A stretch of 64,000 bases of DNA, from IMG/VR virus record IMGVR_UViG_3300043446_005562, positions 186,001 through 250,000 of that record; one strand, 5' to 3'. A program made the translations under genes and the position numbers. Positions 46,352-55,040 of this stretch are shown piece by piece. The notes beneath the pieces are model-generated. The model searched no databases, had not been told where the DNA came from, and saw only the letters and a list, made by a program, of their open reading frames with translations. Position 1 is the first letter of the stretch. Each line of letters begins with the position of its first letter.

Positions 46352-47325
46352 GATGTAATTTGATTTTTTTGAATAAGGAAGTTTTTACTTTTGAACAACT
46401 CTAAATTAGTTTCATTTAATTCTACCGACTTGGTTAGAGTATCATCAATATAAATTTTTATCTTGATAGGCAAAGTCATTTCACAAAGTCTTGTCATTGT
46501 CCACGACGATGGCGGCGGACACGAGTATGTACGAATAGTATCGTTGACTGAAACTGCAATATTATAGTTTCCGCCATGCTCATTGTAGATGAACAGCTCT
46601 AAATGATCAGCTGTCGTATTGTATATTGGAATGACCCAATTCAGGCCTCTAGAATTATGAGAATCTATTAAATCTATTTTTCCAGAAATTTTGACCAGAT
46701 TCGAAACATCATAATGATACACACTTCGGTTGTTTGAGACTAGTCTTGAAAAAATATGCTCAGTATGTTTGGATTCAGATTCACGTAACTCATTGATGAT
46801 TTTTTCATTAGTCATTGGTGATTCAATTTCTAGATTGTCTACTCGAAAAGCCCAGTATGGGCCATGCGTCCAACCTATTTCAAAGTCTCTGACTAAAACC
46901 GTATCGTAATCTATTAATATTTTACTTGCATCAGTGATAGCTTTAAGATTCTCTGGCAGTAAATCGTACTCAACATAGTGTAAATTTCGATAGCCATTGA
47001 ATTTTGCAAAATTAATTGAATTATAGATCATTCCGTATACGGCCAAATGAGTGCTCTTTGAGAAGATCAATGTTGAATTTATAAAAAAATCAGGGTGATT
47101 AAATTCAAAAGAATTTGTAAGATCAAAGTCTTCAAGAATATTGTTGAATCTATCGTATATTACAAAATCAACAAGTTCACAAAAGGTTTCACCAATTGGG
47201 CAATGACTCATTATCAATAAATCGTAAGACTTTCGATAGTCCTGTAATTTTAATAATAACTCAAGTAAGATTTGCCTTTTTTCCGGAGTCGGACAGTGCG
47301 CCGAAATTGCTATTAGTTCTTTCAT
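46348..47325 (-). CDS. Hypothetical glycosylation-island protein (paralogue of 42824-43819)
   Basis: See paralogue. Confidence 0.6.
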   Translation of the reverse strand: MKELIAISAHCPTPEKRQILLELLLKLQDYRKSYDLLIMSHCPIGETFCELVDFVIYDRFNNILEDFDLTNSFEFNHPDFFINSTLIFSKSTHLAVYGMIYNSINFAKFNGYRNLHYVEYDLLPENLKAITDASKILIDYDTVLVRDFEIGWTHGPYWAFRVDNLEIESPMTNEKIINELRESESKHTEHIFSRLVSNNRSVYHYDVSNLVKISGKIDLIDSHNSRGLNWVIPIYNTTADHLELFIYNEHGGNYNIAVSVNDTIRTYSCPPPSSWTMTRLCEMTLPIKIKIYIDDTLTKSVELNETNLELFKSKNFLIQKNQITS

Positions 47326-47918
47326 ACTTTAAGAGCGGGAGTTCCAATATAGGTTCCAGGTTGATCGATATTTTTAGTTACGCCAGCGTTCATTCCAATT
47401 ACAGCATCATCACATACTGATAATTTTTGTTTGATACATGATCGAGTACCGAAGTAAACTCGATTACCGATCGTTTCATTTCCTGAAATTTGTACACCTG
47501 GTGCAGTTGTAAAATAATCTCCGATTATGCAATCATGACCGATTGTAGTTATTAAATTTATGTGAGCGTGTTTACCTATTTTTACATTAGTTGTTATTAT
47601 AGAGCCAGCGCAAATAATGCTACCTTCCCCAATTTCAACGTCCGGCCCATGAATTTGAGCGGACGAATTGATGTGAGTAAAAAATTTAGTATTGGCTGGC
47701 AAACTTTCTACGATTCGCTGTCTGTGATTTGAGTCAGCTATTGCGACGACTAACGTATATTCAAGAGGATCAAATTTAGATAGAGGTAGAATCAGTGGAT
47801 CACTTCCATTAAAGTATGCATCATCTACGAAAAAAACCGTATTTTCTCGTTCACTCGGGTTTAGACTCCAGTATACTTCTCTACCAAATCCTCCTGCTCC
47901 AACTATTCCCTTTCTCAT
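47322..47918 (-). CDS. Sugar O/N-acetyltransferase, NeuD/PglD family
   Basis: GAGGFGREV, hexapeptide repeats, GHDC, GTPA. Confidence 0.9.
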   Translation of the reverse strand: MRKGIVGAGGFGREVYWSLNPSERENTVFFVDDAYFNGSDPLILPLSKFDPLEYTLVVAIADSNHRQRIVESLPANTKFFTHINSSAQIHGPDVEIGEGSIICAGSIITTNVKIGKHAHINLITTIGHDCIIGDYFTTAPGVQISGNETIGNRVYFGTRSCIKQKLSVCDDAVIGMNAGVTKNIDQPGTYIGTPALKV

Positions 47919-48544
47919 TGATTATAAATTTCAAATTTTGATAGATCCGGATATGGCAATTCTAGATCTGCCTGTTTTTTCTTGGAACCATCGAGATTGT
48001 AAAACTGATTCATTAATAAAAGACCTCGAGCCGCCAGTTCAGGCATCATGTAAAAATTCCAACCGAGCATGTCAAAGTGATCATCATGATACGAACACTC
48101 TCTACGACCAGAATATCTTGCACGTTTGAACCAATGATATGCTTCTAAGTTATCGGTTAAGATTGCACCGCCCTTACTTAATTTGAAGTGCTTGTACGGC
48201 CCAGTGAATGAAATACACATGTGAGTGCCGGGCTTGTACATGTCAGCAGTGAAGCTCAGTGCTGAATCCCAAACTCGGGTTGGTTCTAGTTGATACGCGC
48301 CTTTGATTGTTTTGCCCTCAACTGGTCTAAATTTAACCTTTGCACCAGCGTGAATGATTTCGCATGGGACTGAAGGATAGGTTCTGGCCGGAATGGTTAT
48401 CTCCTGACCAGTAACTTTTTCATAGTAGAGCGCAAGGAATAGAGCATTACTTTGATTATCCACAGTAATACAGTAAGGTGCACCAGTGTAGTCACATAAA
48501 GCTTTTTCAAAGTCTTCGGTTATTTTATAGACACCATTTGCCAT
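47915..48544 (-). CDS. Compact DegT/DnrJ/EryC1/StrS aminotransferase
   Basis: NQSNALFLAL, IPARTY, DSA, SFTGPYKH (catalytic Lys), GGAILTD, GWNFYM. Confidence 0.8.
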   Translation of the reverse strand: MANGVYKITEDFEKALCDYTGAPYCITVDNQSNALFLALYYEKVTGQEITIPARTYPSVPCEIIHAGAKVKFRPVEGKTIKGAYQLEPTRVWDSALSFTADMYKPGTHMCISFTGPYKHFKLSKGGAILTDNLEAYHWFKRARYSGRRECSYHDDHFDMLGWNFYMMPELAARGLLLMNQFYNLDGSKKKQADLELPYPDLSKFEIYNQ

Positions 48545-48589
48545 AATTAATTTGTTTTAGATATTTTACTCCAAAGACCTTGTCGGTTT

Positions 48590-48820
48590 TTAGAAAGGTC
48601 TCTCCCCAATTAGGGCTTCTCTGTGCCAGAGCGGAGTTCGATATTGAATCAGTTTGTCAACCATTTCTCGAATTGGCATGCCGAATTTTTGACACCGATC
48701 CGAGATGGGACGATCATCGTCTCCTTCCGGTTGTAACCACTCCTCGTAAAAGAAACCTAGTGCATGATCGTGACCATACACTAGGAGTTTGTCAGCTGCG
48801 CGTTTTGTGTATCTGCTCAT
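48590..48820 (-). CDS. Hypothetical protein
   Basis: 76-aa ORF abutting the next gene. Confidence 0.55.
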   Translation of the reverse strand: MSRYTKRAADKLLVYGHDHALGFFYEEWLQPEGDDDRPISDRCQKFGMPIREMVDKLIQYRTPLWHREALIGERPF

Positions 48821-49473
48821 ACTTCTATTTGAATAGGATTTTGATAGTAAAGTTCATATCTTAAATCAACGACTGACGCATTCACAAAAGTTGTGCCGCC
48901 CTCTTCATGAACTCCTCTGGCCTCATGAATGTGGCCAAACACATGCACCTTGGGCTTGATCCGCTTGACCTTTTCAAGTAGATACGGACAGCCGACGTGC
49001 AATTGAGTGTGTTGAGTAAGATCAAGAATTCCATTCGGCGGACCGTGCGTAATGAGAACATCAATTCCATCCGGAATCATGTCCCAGTGCTTGCGAATCT
49101 CTGGTCCAGTTCGATTGAACGCCCAATTGTGGAACCACGGAGTTATTGGACTACCCCAAAATTTAATACCTTCAATCGTTACGCCGCTATCGTTTAGATA
49201 GGTGATGCCCGGATATTTGGCAAGCAGCTTGGCCGCTTCTTCGGGATCAGCCTCAAATAGGAAATCATGGTTGCCTGCAATTAGGATCTTGTGCGCGTAG
49301 GGTAGCTCGCTAAACCAGTCTAAAAACTGTTCAACCTCAAAGTAGGTACCTCGGCCTGAAACATCACCAGCGTGCACCAAGATAGGACCGCCTTCCAACA
49401 TTGACGTCATGTCATCGCGCTCAACATCGTTTTTAACAAGCCAATGAGTATCGCTAATAAACGTGATTTTCAT
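48817..49473 (-). CDS. Metallophosphoesterase (MPPED/239FB-like)
   Basis: ISDTH, HAGD, AGNHD, ITHGPP, FGHIHE. Confidence 0.9.
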   Translation of the reverse strand: MKITFISDTHWLVKNDVERDDMTSMLEGGPILVHAGDVSGRGTYFEVEQFLDWFSELPYAHKILIAGNHDFLFEADPEEAAKLLAKYPGITYLNDSGVTIEGIKFWGSPITPWFHNWAFNRTGPEIRKHWDMIPDGIDVLITHGPPNGILDLTQHTQLHVGCPYLLEKVKRIKPKVHVFGHIHEARGVHEEGGTTFVNASVVDLRYELYYQNPIQIEV

Positions 49474-49479
49474 GATTCT

Positions 49480-49752
49480 CTATTTTAATTCAGTTATTAA
49501 TTCAATGATATCTGATTTTTGTCTGATGCCGGTAACAGTCTTTACTATTTTACCTTCTTTTTCAAAAACCATTTGCGGAATTGATTTTACGTTGTACTGC
49601 CTACAGAGCTCAGCCGATTCATCAGCATTCACCTTCACAATCTCAACTCCGCTTTCTGGTTTATTATACTCAACAATTAAACTTTCGATCGTGGGTGCCA
49701 TTGCTTTGCAGGGTCCGCACCATGGAGCCCAAAAATCAATTACTTTTAACAT
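49480..49752 (-). CDS. trxA: Thioredoxin
   Basis: DFWAPWCGPCK, SIP. Confidence 0.92.
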   Translation of the reverse strand: MLKVIDFWAPWCGPCKAMAPTIESLIVEYNKPESGVEIVKVNADESAELCRQYNVKSIPQMVFEKEGKIVKTVTGIRQKSDIIELITELK

Positions 49753-49763
49753 TTGCCTTTTTA

Positions 49764-50000
49764 TTATTTTATGATTGTATCCGGTTTTTTAGGCTCTCTA
49801 ATCTGAAATTGCTCGTTGACATGGCCGCATGCCGTGCAAATGAAAGTTGGCACGGGCACAATCATGTCCTCGGCTGATCCAGTTAAAAGCCTTGAAATTT
49901 TCCTTAGGTAACTTGCCTCCTTGAAGGTTGAGTTTTCGCATTTTTCACAGACGATTGCGGTTGAATTTTCTAGACCGACCCTCACTTGTTGATTCTCCAT
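49764..50000 (-). CDS. Small zinc-binding hypothetical protein
   Basis: CEKC and CTACGH. Confidence 0.65.
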   Translation of the reverse strand: MENQQVRVGLENSTAIVCEKCENSTFKEASYLRKISRLLTGSAEDMIVPVPTFICTACGHVNEQFQIREPKKPDTIIK

Positions 50001-50059
50001 ATATGAATTTTGATTTGTATATTATTTTACTTCAATGCGGAATTTGGTTTACTGCTAAA

Positions 50060-50085
50060 TAAAAAAAGGGAGCTTACAGGCTCCC
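50060..50085 (-). terminator. Intrinsic terminator
   Basis: GGGAGC/GCTCCC stem plus T-run on the minus strand. Confidence 0.7.
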
Positions 50086-50109
50086 TCAGCGTCAGTCTCA
50101 GTAATTTAA

Positions 50110-50298
50110 TTACTTTACTGTTGGAGTGCAGCATGCAGCAGTATCAGCTTTTGTTGCAGCTGAGTCTACTACGGTCGAGTCAACTTTAACTAGAGTTGAG
50201 TCGGTCGCATTGGCTGTTGCTTCGGTGGTTCCTGTGGTGCAGCTAACTGCGAACATTGTCGCGATAGCGATAGCAAAGATTGCTTTTTTCATAGTCAT
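50110..50298 (-). CDS. Small lipoprotein
   Basis: Signal peptide ending FAVSC; Thr/Ala/Asp-rich. Confidence 0.7.
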   Translation of the reverse strand: MTMKKAIFAIAIATMFAVSCTTGTTEATANATDSTLVKVDSTVVDSAATKADTAACCTPTVK

Positions 50299-50334
50299 TT
50301 GTTTTTTTGTAAAACTATTATACCATACCTGGTG

Positions 50335-50739
50335 CTAAAGTTTCCCATTCTTTTTATTTAACTCCCTAATTTGCTGAAGCACCCAGCGCTGAGCCTCGTC
50401 CGCATGTTTGGTGGACTTGTTATTGGCTGTAATTTCATACGGATGATTATCGTAGTTACGGCCATACCTTTCAAAATAGTCATCGTACTTTTCAAAGATC
50501 GGCTGCCTGAAATGAGTGTACTCATGGATCACGGTCGTGACCCAATCCTTAAGCGTCTTGTGCCGCTTTGGATTAAGTAGAATTAGATTGTCTAATTCGT
50601 CGTAACTACCCAAGTAGTCAACTCGAGAATCCAACTTTATGCGTAGAGTTTCAAGATCCGCGAATCTGCTTGGGCCGTACTTTTCAATGCACCAGTCCAG
50701 GGCAAGAAGAGCACTTTTTCTGGAGATAAGCTTAACCAT
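50335..50739 (-). CDS. Zincin-like metallopeptidase domain protein
   Basis: IHEYTH...HPYE. Confidence 0.6.
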   Translation of the reverse strand: MVKLISRKSALLALDWCIEKYGPSRFADLETLRIKLDSRVDYLGSYDELDNLILLNPKRHKTLKDWVTTVIHEYTHFRQPIFEKYDDYFERYGRNYDNHPYEITANNKSTKHADEAQRWVLQQIRELNKKNGKL

Positions 50740-50826
50740 TCGGTACTCTCAATGATTTCTTTATTATTTATTTGGCCCGCTTAGTTGAGACCTCGCTTTA
50801 TAAATAAACAAAAAACTTTTTAGTCG

Positions 50827-51657
50827 ATGGCACTTCTAAAAAACGGATCCTCTGGCCCAGAGGTTTCTAAGCTCCAGTCATTCCTGGGCATCCCAGCGGA
50901 CGGCCAATTTGGTCCAGGTACCGAAGCAAAGGTAAAGGAATGGCAGGCTGCACACGGGTTAAAGGCGGACGGTATTGTTGGAGAGGACACTCTTGCAAAA
51001 ATGCTTGGAACACCGGCCCCAGCGGCACAATCTCAAACGACGATTCCAGCGTCAAGTTTCAAACTGGAAAAATTAAAAGGGCATGTGCCCGATGCAGTCC
51101 TGGCTCAGATTCCTGACACGGCTGCAAAATTCGGAATTACTAATGTTTTAAGATTAGCTCATTTCTTGGCTCAATGCGGTCACGAATCCGGCGGATTTAA
51201 GGCGGTTAGTGAGAACCTAAATTACTCAGCGGACGGTCTAAAAAAGATCTTTCCAAAGTACTTTCCCGGCAATCTAAACGAGTCCTATGCCAGACAACCT
51301 GAAAAAATCGCTAACCGCGTCTATTCTTCAAGAATGGGTAACGGCGACGAGACCTCAGGCGATGGCTTTAAGTTTAGGGGCCGCGGCTACATTCAATTGA
51401 CTGGAAAGTCTAACTATTCAGCATTTGATAAGTTCGTGGACGACGATATCATCGGTAATCCAGATCTAGTATCCACAAAGTATCCATTGGCATCAGCTGC
51501 TTTCTTTTTTAACAATAACGGTCTATGGACGGTTTGCGATAAAGGAGCTGACGATGCAACGGTTACTGCAGTTACCAAACGAGTTAACGGTGGAACCATT
51601 GGATTAGAGGATCGTCTAAAGCACTTTAAGGAGTATTATTCTCTACTAACTACTTAA
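50827..51657 (+). CDS. Endolysin: peptidoglycan-binding domain plus GH19 lysozyme
   Basis: ADGQFGPGT/ADGIVG PG-binding repeats; AHFLAQCGHESGG, FRGRGYIQLTGKSNY, VNGG; late promoter upstream. Confidence 0.9.
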   Translation: MALLKNGSSGPEVSKLQSFLGIPADGQFGPGTEAKVKEWQAAHGLKADGIVGEDTLAKMLGTPAPAAQSQTTIPASSFKLEKLKGHVPDAVLAQIPDTAAKFGITNVLRLAHFLAQCGHESGGFKAVSENLNYSADGLKKIFPKYFPGNLNESYARQPEKIANRVYSSRMGNGDETSGDGFKFRGRGYIQLTGKSNYSAFDKFVDDDIIGNPDLVSTKYPLASAAFFFNNNGLWTVCDKGADDATVTAVTKRVNGGTIGLEDRLKHFKEYYSLLTT

Positions 51658-51671
51658 AATAATTTTAAAAA

Positions 51672-53600
51672 ATGAAGAATTTCTTTGTCGGATTAATAAT
51701 TGTACTTGCCTCTCTGGTTGGGTCCAACCCAGCCTTTGCTCAATCCGGTCCACCCGCTCCAGGCTGGGGGATCTATGCTCTAATCGACACCACCTATCAA
51801 GTTGGAACCTATTCGCAGGGTGTATCCCATGCAAAGATCACTCTTAAGAACAGCGTTACCACAAAATACACAGGTGTTCAGTTTAGACTCTTTTACGATA
51901 AAAACGCGTTTGCCTCTGCCTCAGTTGCACTAATTGGTTCAGCAACGAACCTTGACCTGCAAGCGGTTGACAATAACGCAAACGGTTATGTTACCATTTC
52001 TTTGGTTTACACGGGTAACAGCGCAACCTACACAATACCGGACGGCGAAAGATTTGACGTGACGTTCACTCACGTTGCGCCCAATGCCTTTTTTGGCTTA
52101 GCTTCAATCTCTAACCTAACCTGGTCCGGTGCACAATCATACAGCCAATACGCATCATCTCAACCTGGTCTAGATACCGTGCTTACTCTACACAGCTACA
52201 ACGGGCAATGGTTAAGGGATACCCTAAAATTCCACGGCACATTCACCAACGTTACCGGCTCACCCGCTAAAAACCTAACACTTTCTCTTGAAAAGAAGGT
52301 AAAGGTTGGAGGTACCTGGTCCCAGCACGCTGCCTATACTACGAATCTACAGGGTAAATTTTCAATCGCTGAATTGATTGACACAACCTATTACGATGTT
52401 CGCTTGGCAATCAAGGGCGATACGATGGGAGTTGGTAATGTAATCTCAACCGCTGATGCTCAACTAATTAATCAGTGGATTCTAGGCAACGGTACTCCAC
52501 AGGCCTGGGATTTTTATACTGGAGATATTAACGGCTCAAACGGTTTGACCATCACCGATGCCTATGGAGTTTTTGGTAGAATCTCTGGCCGATTCAACTC
52601 TTGGCCCAATGGCGTAAAGGATCTTAAGTTCTTTACTCAAGCCGAGTACGCTGCAATCACAGGCTCGCCAAATACAAACTACACCGCAACCTATACCGGC
52701 ACAACCAACTTCTACTACAATATTTTACCAGGTCAGCCAGATTCGGTTAATTATTATGTGTTGGTACCGGGCGATGCAAACGGTACAGGCTATCACATGG
52801 CTCGTTTGACACCTATCACGATCCTGCCAACGCCCAATCCCAATTATCCATCTCAATTGGAAAACATAATTGACATGACCGCTGAATACGACTTTCCAAC
52901 CGATCATGTTGAGATCAACATGCCTTCAATTAAGGTTACAGCCGGCAATCTGGTTGAAATTCCAGTAACCGTTAAAACCTTTGGTAAGCAGATCTCATCT
53001 CTACAATTGGGAATGTTATACGATTCAAGCGCTCTTGACTTTAAAGAATTAAGCAATTCGGACAAATCAATGCTGTGGCTCTCTTCAATCAATCCAATGG
53101 ACGGTATGGTTGAATGGTCGGGTTACGATCCATCTGCAAACAAGGACTACATGATTCCGGACGGCTACAATATCTTTACTCTTAAATTCATAGCTAAACA
53201 GCCACAATCAAACTGGTCTCAATCACCACTATGGACAACTCGTAAATTTACGGGCGATGCTAATTCCAAGGACATGAGCGTGACACCAACTAATGGAATC
53301 TTGATTGTTGCAAAGATGGCCGCTCCAATCGGTCCAAACGAGGCCGAGGAGTCAATGATCGTCTATCCTAATCCAACGACCGGCGATTTCAGCGTTAACT
53401 TCACAGTTAAGAACAGCGGTCACGTTACCCTCTACATTCTAAATAACCGCGGTATAGTTGAACACCTAATCTTAGACAAGGACATGCCAGAAGGAAACTA
53501 CGTTTACTCTTCAAACATTTCTAATCTAGCTTCAGGTCTTTACATTGCAACTCTACAGCAAAAAGGAGAGGTGAAGACCTCAAAAATTATTAAAGAATAA
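51672..53600 (+). CDS. Secreted cohesin-dockerin-cohesin protein with T9SS type A C-terminal sorting domain
   Basis: Signal peptide; cohesin-like GVQFRLFYD and LQLGMLYD; dockerin-like GDINGSNGLTITDA; C-terminal IVYPNPTT...SNLASGLY...KIIKE. Confidence 0.75.
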   Translation: MKNFFVGLIIVLASLVGSNPAFAQSGPPAPGWGIYALIDTTYQVGTYSQGVSHAKITLKNSVTTKYTGVQFRLFYDKNAFASASVALIGSATNLDLQAVDNNANGYVTISLVYTGNSATYTIPDGERFDVTFTHVAPNAFFGLASISNLTWSGAQSYSQYASSQPGLDTVLTLHSYNGQWLRDTLKFHGTFTNVTGSPAKNLTLSLEKKVKVGGTWSQHAAYTTNLQGKFSIAELIDTTYYDVRLAIKGDTMGVGNVISTADAQLINQWILGNGTPQAWDFYTGDINGSNGLTITDAYGVFGRISGRFNSWPNGVKDLKFFTQAEYAAITGSPNTNYTATYTGTTNFYYNILPGQPDSVNYYVLVPGDANGTGYHMARLTPITILPTPNPNYPSQLENIIDMTAEYDFPTDHVEINMPSIKVTAGNLVEIPVTVKTFGKQISSLQLGMLYDSSALDFKELSNSDKSMLWLSSINPMDGMVEWSGYDPSANKDYMIPDGYNIFTLKFIAKQPQSNWSQSPLWTTRKFTGDANSKDMSVTPTNGILIVAKMAAPIGPNEAEESMIVYPNPTTGDFSVNFTVKNSGHVTLYILNNRGIVEHLILDKDMPEGNYVYSSNISNLASGLYIATLQQKGEVKTSKIIKE

Positions 53601-53616
53601 AAAAACCAATAAAACC

Positions 53617-53946
53617 ATGTCAGAAGAAACAAACGTACAGGATCAAAATGACGGCACCTGGTCAGGTCTCAAGAAAACCTTGATCGCCACTTTAACTACC
53701 GTAATTACGGGAGGCGGTGTCTGGTTGGGAACCTTCCTTTATGGGGGGCATGAAGAACCCAAGGCCGAGCCAAAAACTGAACAGGCAGCACCAGCTCCTG
53801 CACCAGTTATTGTTAATGTTCAGCAAACTCAAGAGAACACTCAACAACAAAAAGCGGGTGGAACAACAACAATCATCAAGGAAAAGATTGTTGAGAAGCC
53901 AGCAAAGAAAGAAAAAAAGAGCGAGACTGAAGACTCTCCTTGGTAA
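53617..53946 (+). CDS. Single-TM protein with Pro/Gln/Lys-rich extension
   Basis: LIATLTTVITGGGVWLGTFLY. Confidence 0.6.
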   Translation: MSEETNVQDQNDGTWSGLKKTLIATLTTVITGGGVWLGTFLYGGHEEPKAEPKTEQAAPAPAPVIVNVQQTQENTQQQKAGGTTTIIKEKIVEKPAKKEKKSETEDSPW

Positions 53947-53962
53947 AAATACGTAATTTAAA

Positions 53963-54319
53963 ATGTCACTGAAAAAACTCTTAATTGGCGAAAACGCCTA
54001 CGTTAAGGTGGAAGACAAGAATCGCTTCTACTATATGTTACAACAAATGCAGGCCAATCGTTGGAAGATTACAGCGATCGTGTTGGGCCTGTTCTTCTTT
54101 ATTATTTTAGGTATCAATTCAGCCGTTTTCTTTGGAGTTACAATCCAAGAATCATGGAAGGAAATGTTACTAATTTTATTGGGAGCGTTTGTTGGTAATC
54201 TAAACAAGGTTGTTGATTACTGGTTTAATTCAGAAGATCGCGACAAGATGCTGATTCAAAAGGTAGATGAAGAGGACGGAACTTCGCTATCAAACGTAAC
54301 AACAAATAGCCCAGAATAA
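53963..54319 (+). CDS. Two-TM membrane protein (holin-like, uncertain)
   Basis: Two hydrophobic helices, then VDYWF and a charged tail. Confidence 0.5.
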   Translation: MSLKKLLIGENAYVKVEDKNRFYYMLQQMQANRWKITAIVLGLFFFIILGINSAVFFGVTIQESWKEMLLILLGAFVGNLNKVVDYWFNSEDRDKMLIQKVDEEDGTSLSNVTTNSPE

Positions 54320-54320
54320 C

Positions 54321-55040
54321 ATGAAAAAGCTAGCAATACTCTTTGCGCTTTTCCTAAATTCAGCCATGTGTGTTGCTCAGATTGGTTCAATCAAGTCTGA
54401 GCAATACCAAGCTGACTTTGAAAAGAAAATGTCGCTTGACTCTGTGCCCGAATACAAGGACACAATCAAGATTCCCGTGCAGATTCTAAAAATTGGAATC
54501 AGCTCGGATCTTTACGAAATGTATCCAGAATTAAAGGACAAGCGTGTTGGACTTGGTGTTACCAATATTGTGTTGGAATACCTAGAGTACACCAACCGAT
54601 TCGTCTTTACTGAGGATAAGTTGGAGATTAAGGAGCGCATGATTAATCAGTTCAAAGCATCGGACAAGGGATTCACCGAGAACAAAATGGACGGTCGTGG
54701 TAAGATCAAACTTGCAAAATACTTTGTCTATATTGAAGTTTACGATTTTTCGGTGTCAGACGATGAGGTTGTGAAGGTGAACGGCCAATCGCAAACAACC
54801 CAAATTACGAGACTTGGCTTACAGGTTAAATTCGTTGATGCTGAGACCGGCGAAATCATAATGGGCTCAGGACTGGGCGAGGCCAAGACAGTAAAAACGG
54901 TTTCAATCTTGGAAGGTATTGACGATACTGAAATTAAATTTAATCAATCCCATATTGGTATAACCACCAAAAAAGCTTTGGAAACCGCTGCTGCTCGAAT
55001 AGTTAATCGCATGATAAAAAAGGGAATTTTTAAATCTTAA
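54321..55040 (+). CDS. CsgG-like (curli assembly/transport family) protein
   Basis: Signal peptide; LGVTNIVLEYL..TNRF, YFVYIEVYDF, GLQVKFVDAETGEI, KKALETA. Confidence 0.7.
   Translation: MKKLAILFALFLNSAMCVAQIGSIKSEQYQADFEKKMSLDSVPEYKDTIKIPVQILKIGISSDLYEMYPELKDKRVGLGVTNIVLEYLEYTNRFVFTEDKLEIKERMINQFKASDKGFTENKMDGRGKIKLAKYFVYIEVYDFSVSDDEVVKVNGQSQTTQITRLGLQVKFVDAETGEIIMGSGLGEAKTVKTVSILEGIDDTEIKFNQSHIGITTKKALETAAARIVNRMIKKGIFKS

Noticed and set aside
47915-48544. DegT aminotransferase as a pseudogene
   Set aside because: Catalytic motifs are intact and the gene is translationally coupled to the acetyltransferase; more likely a compact form
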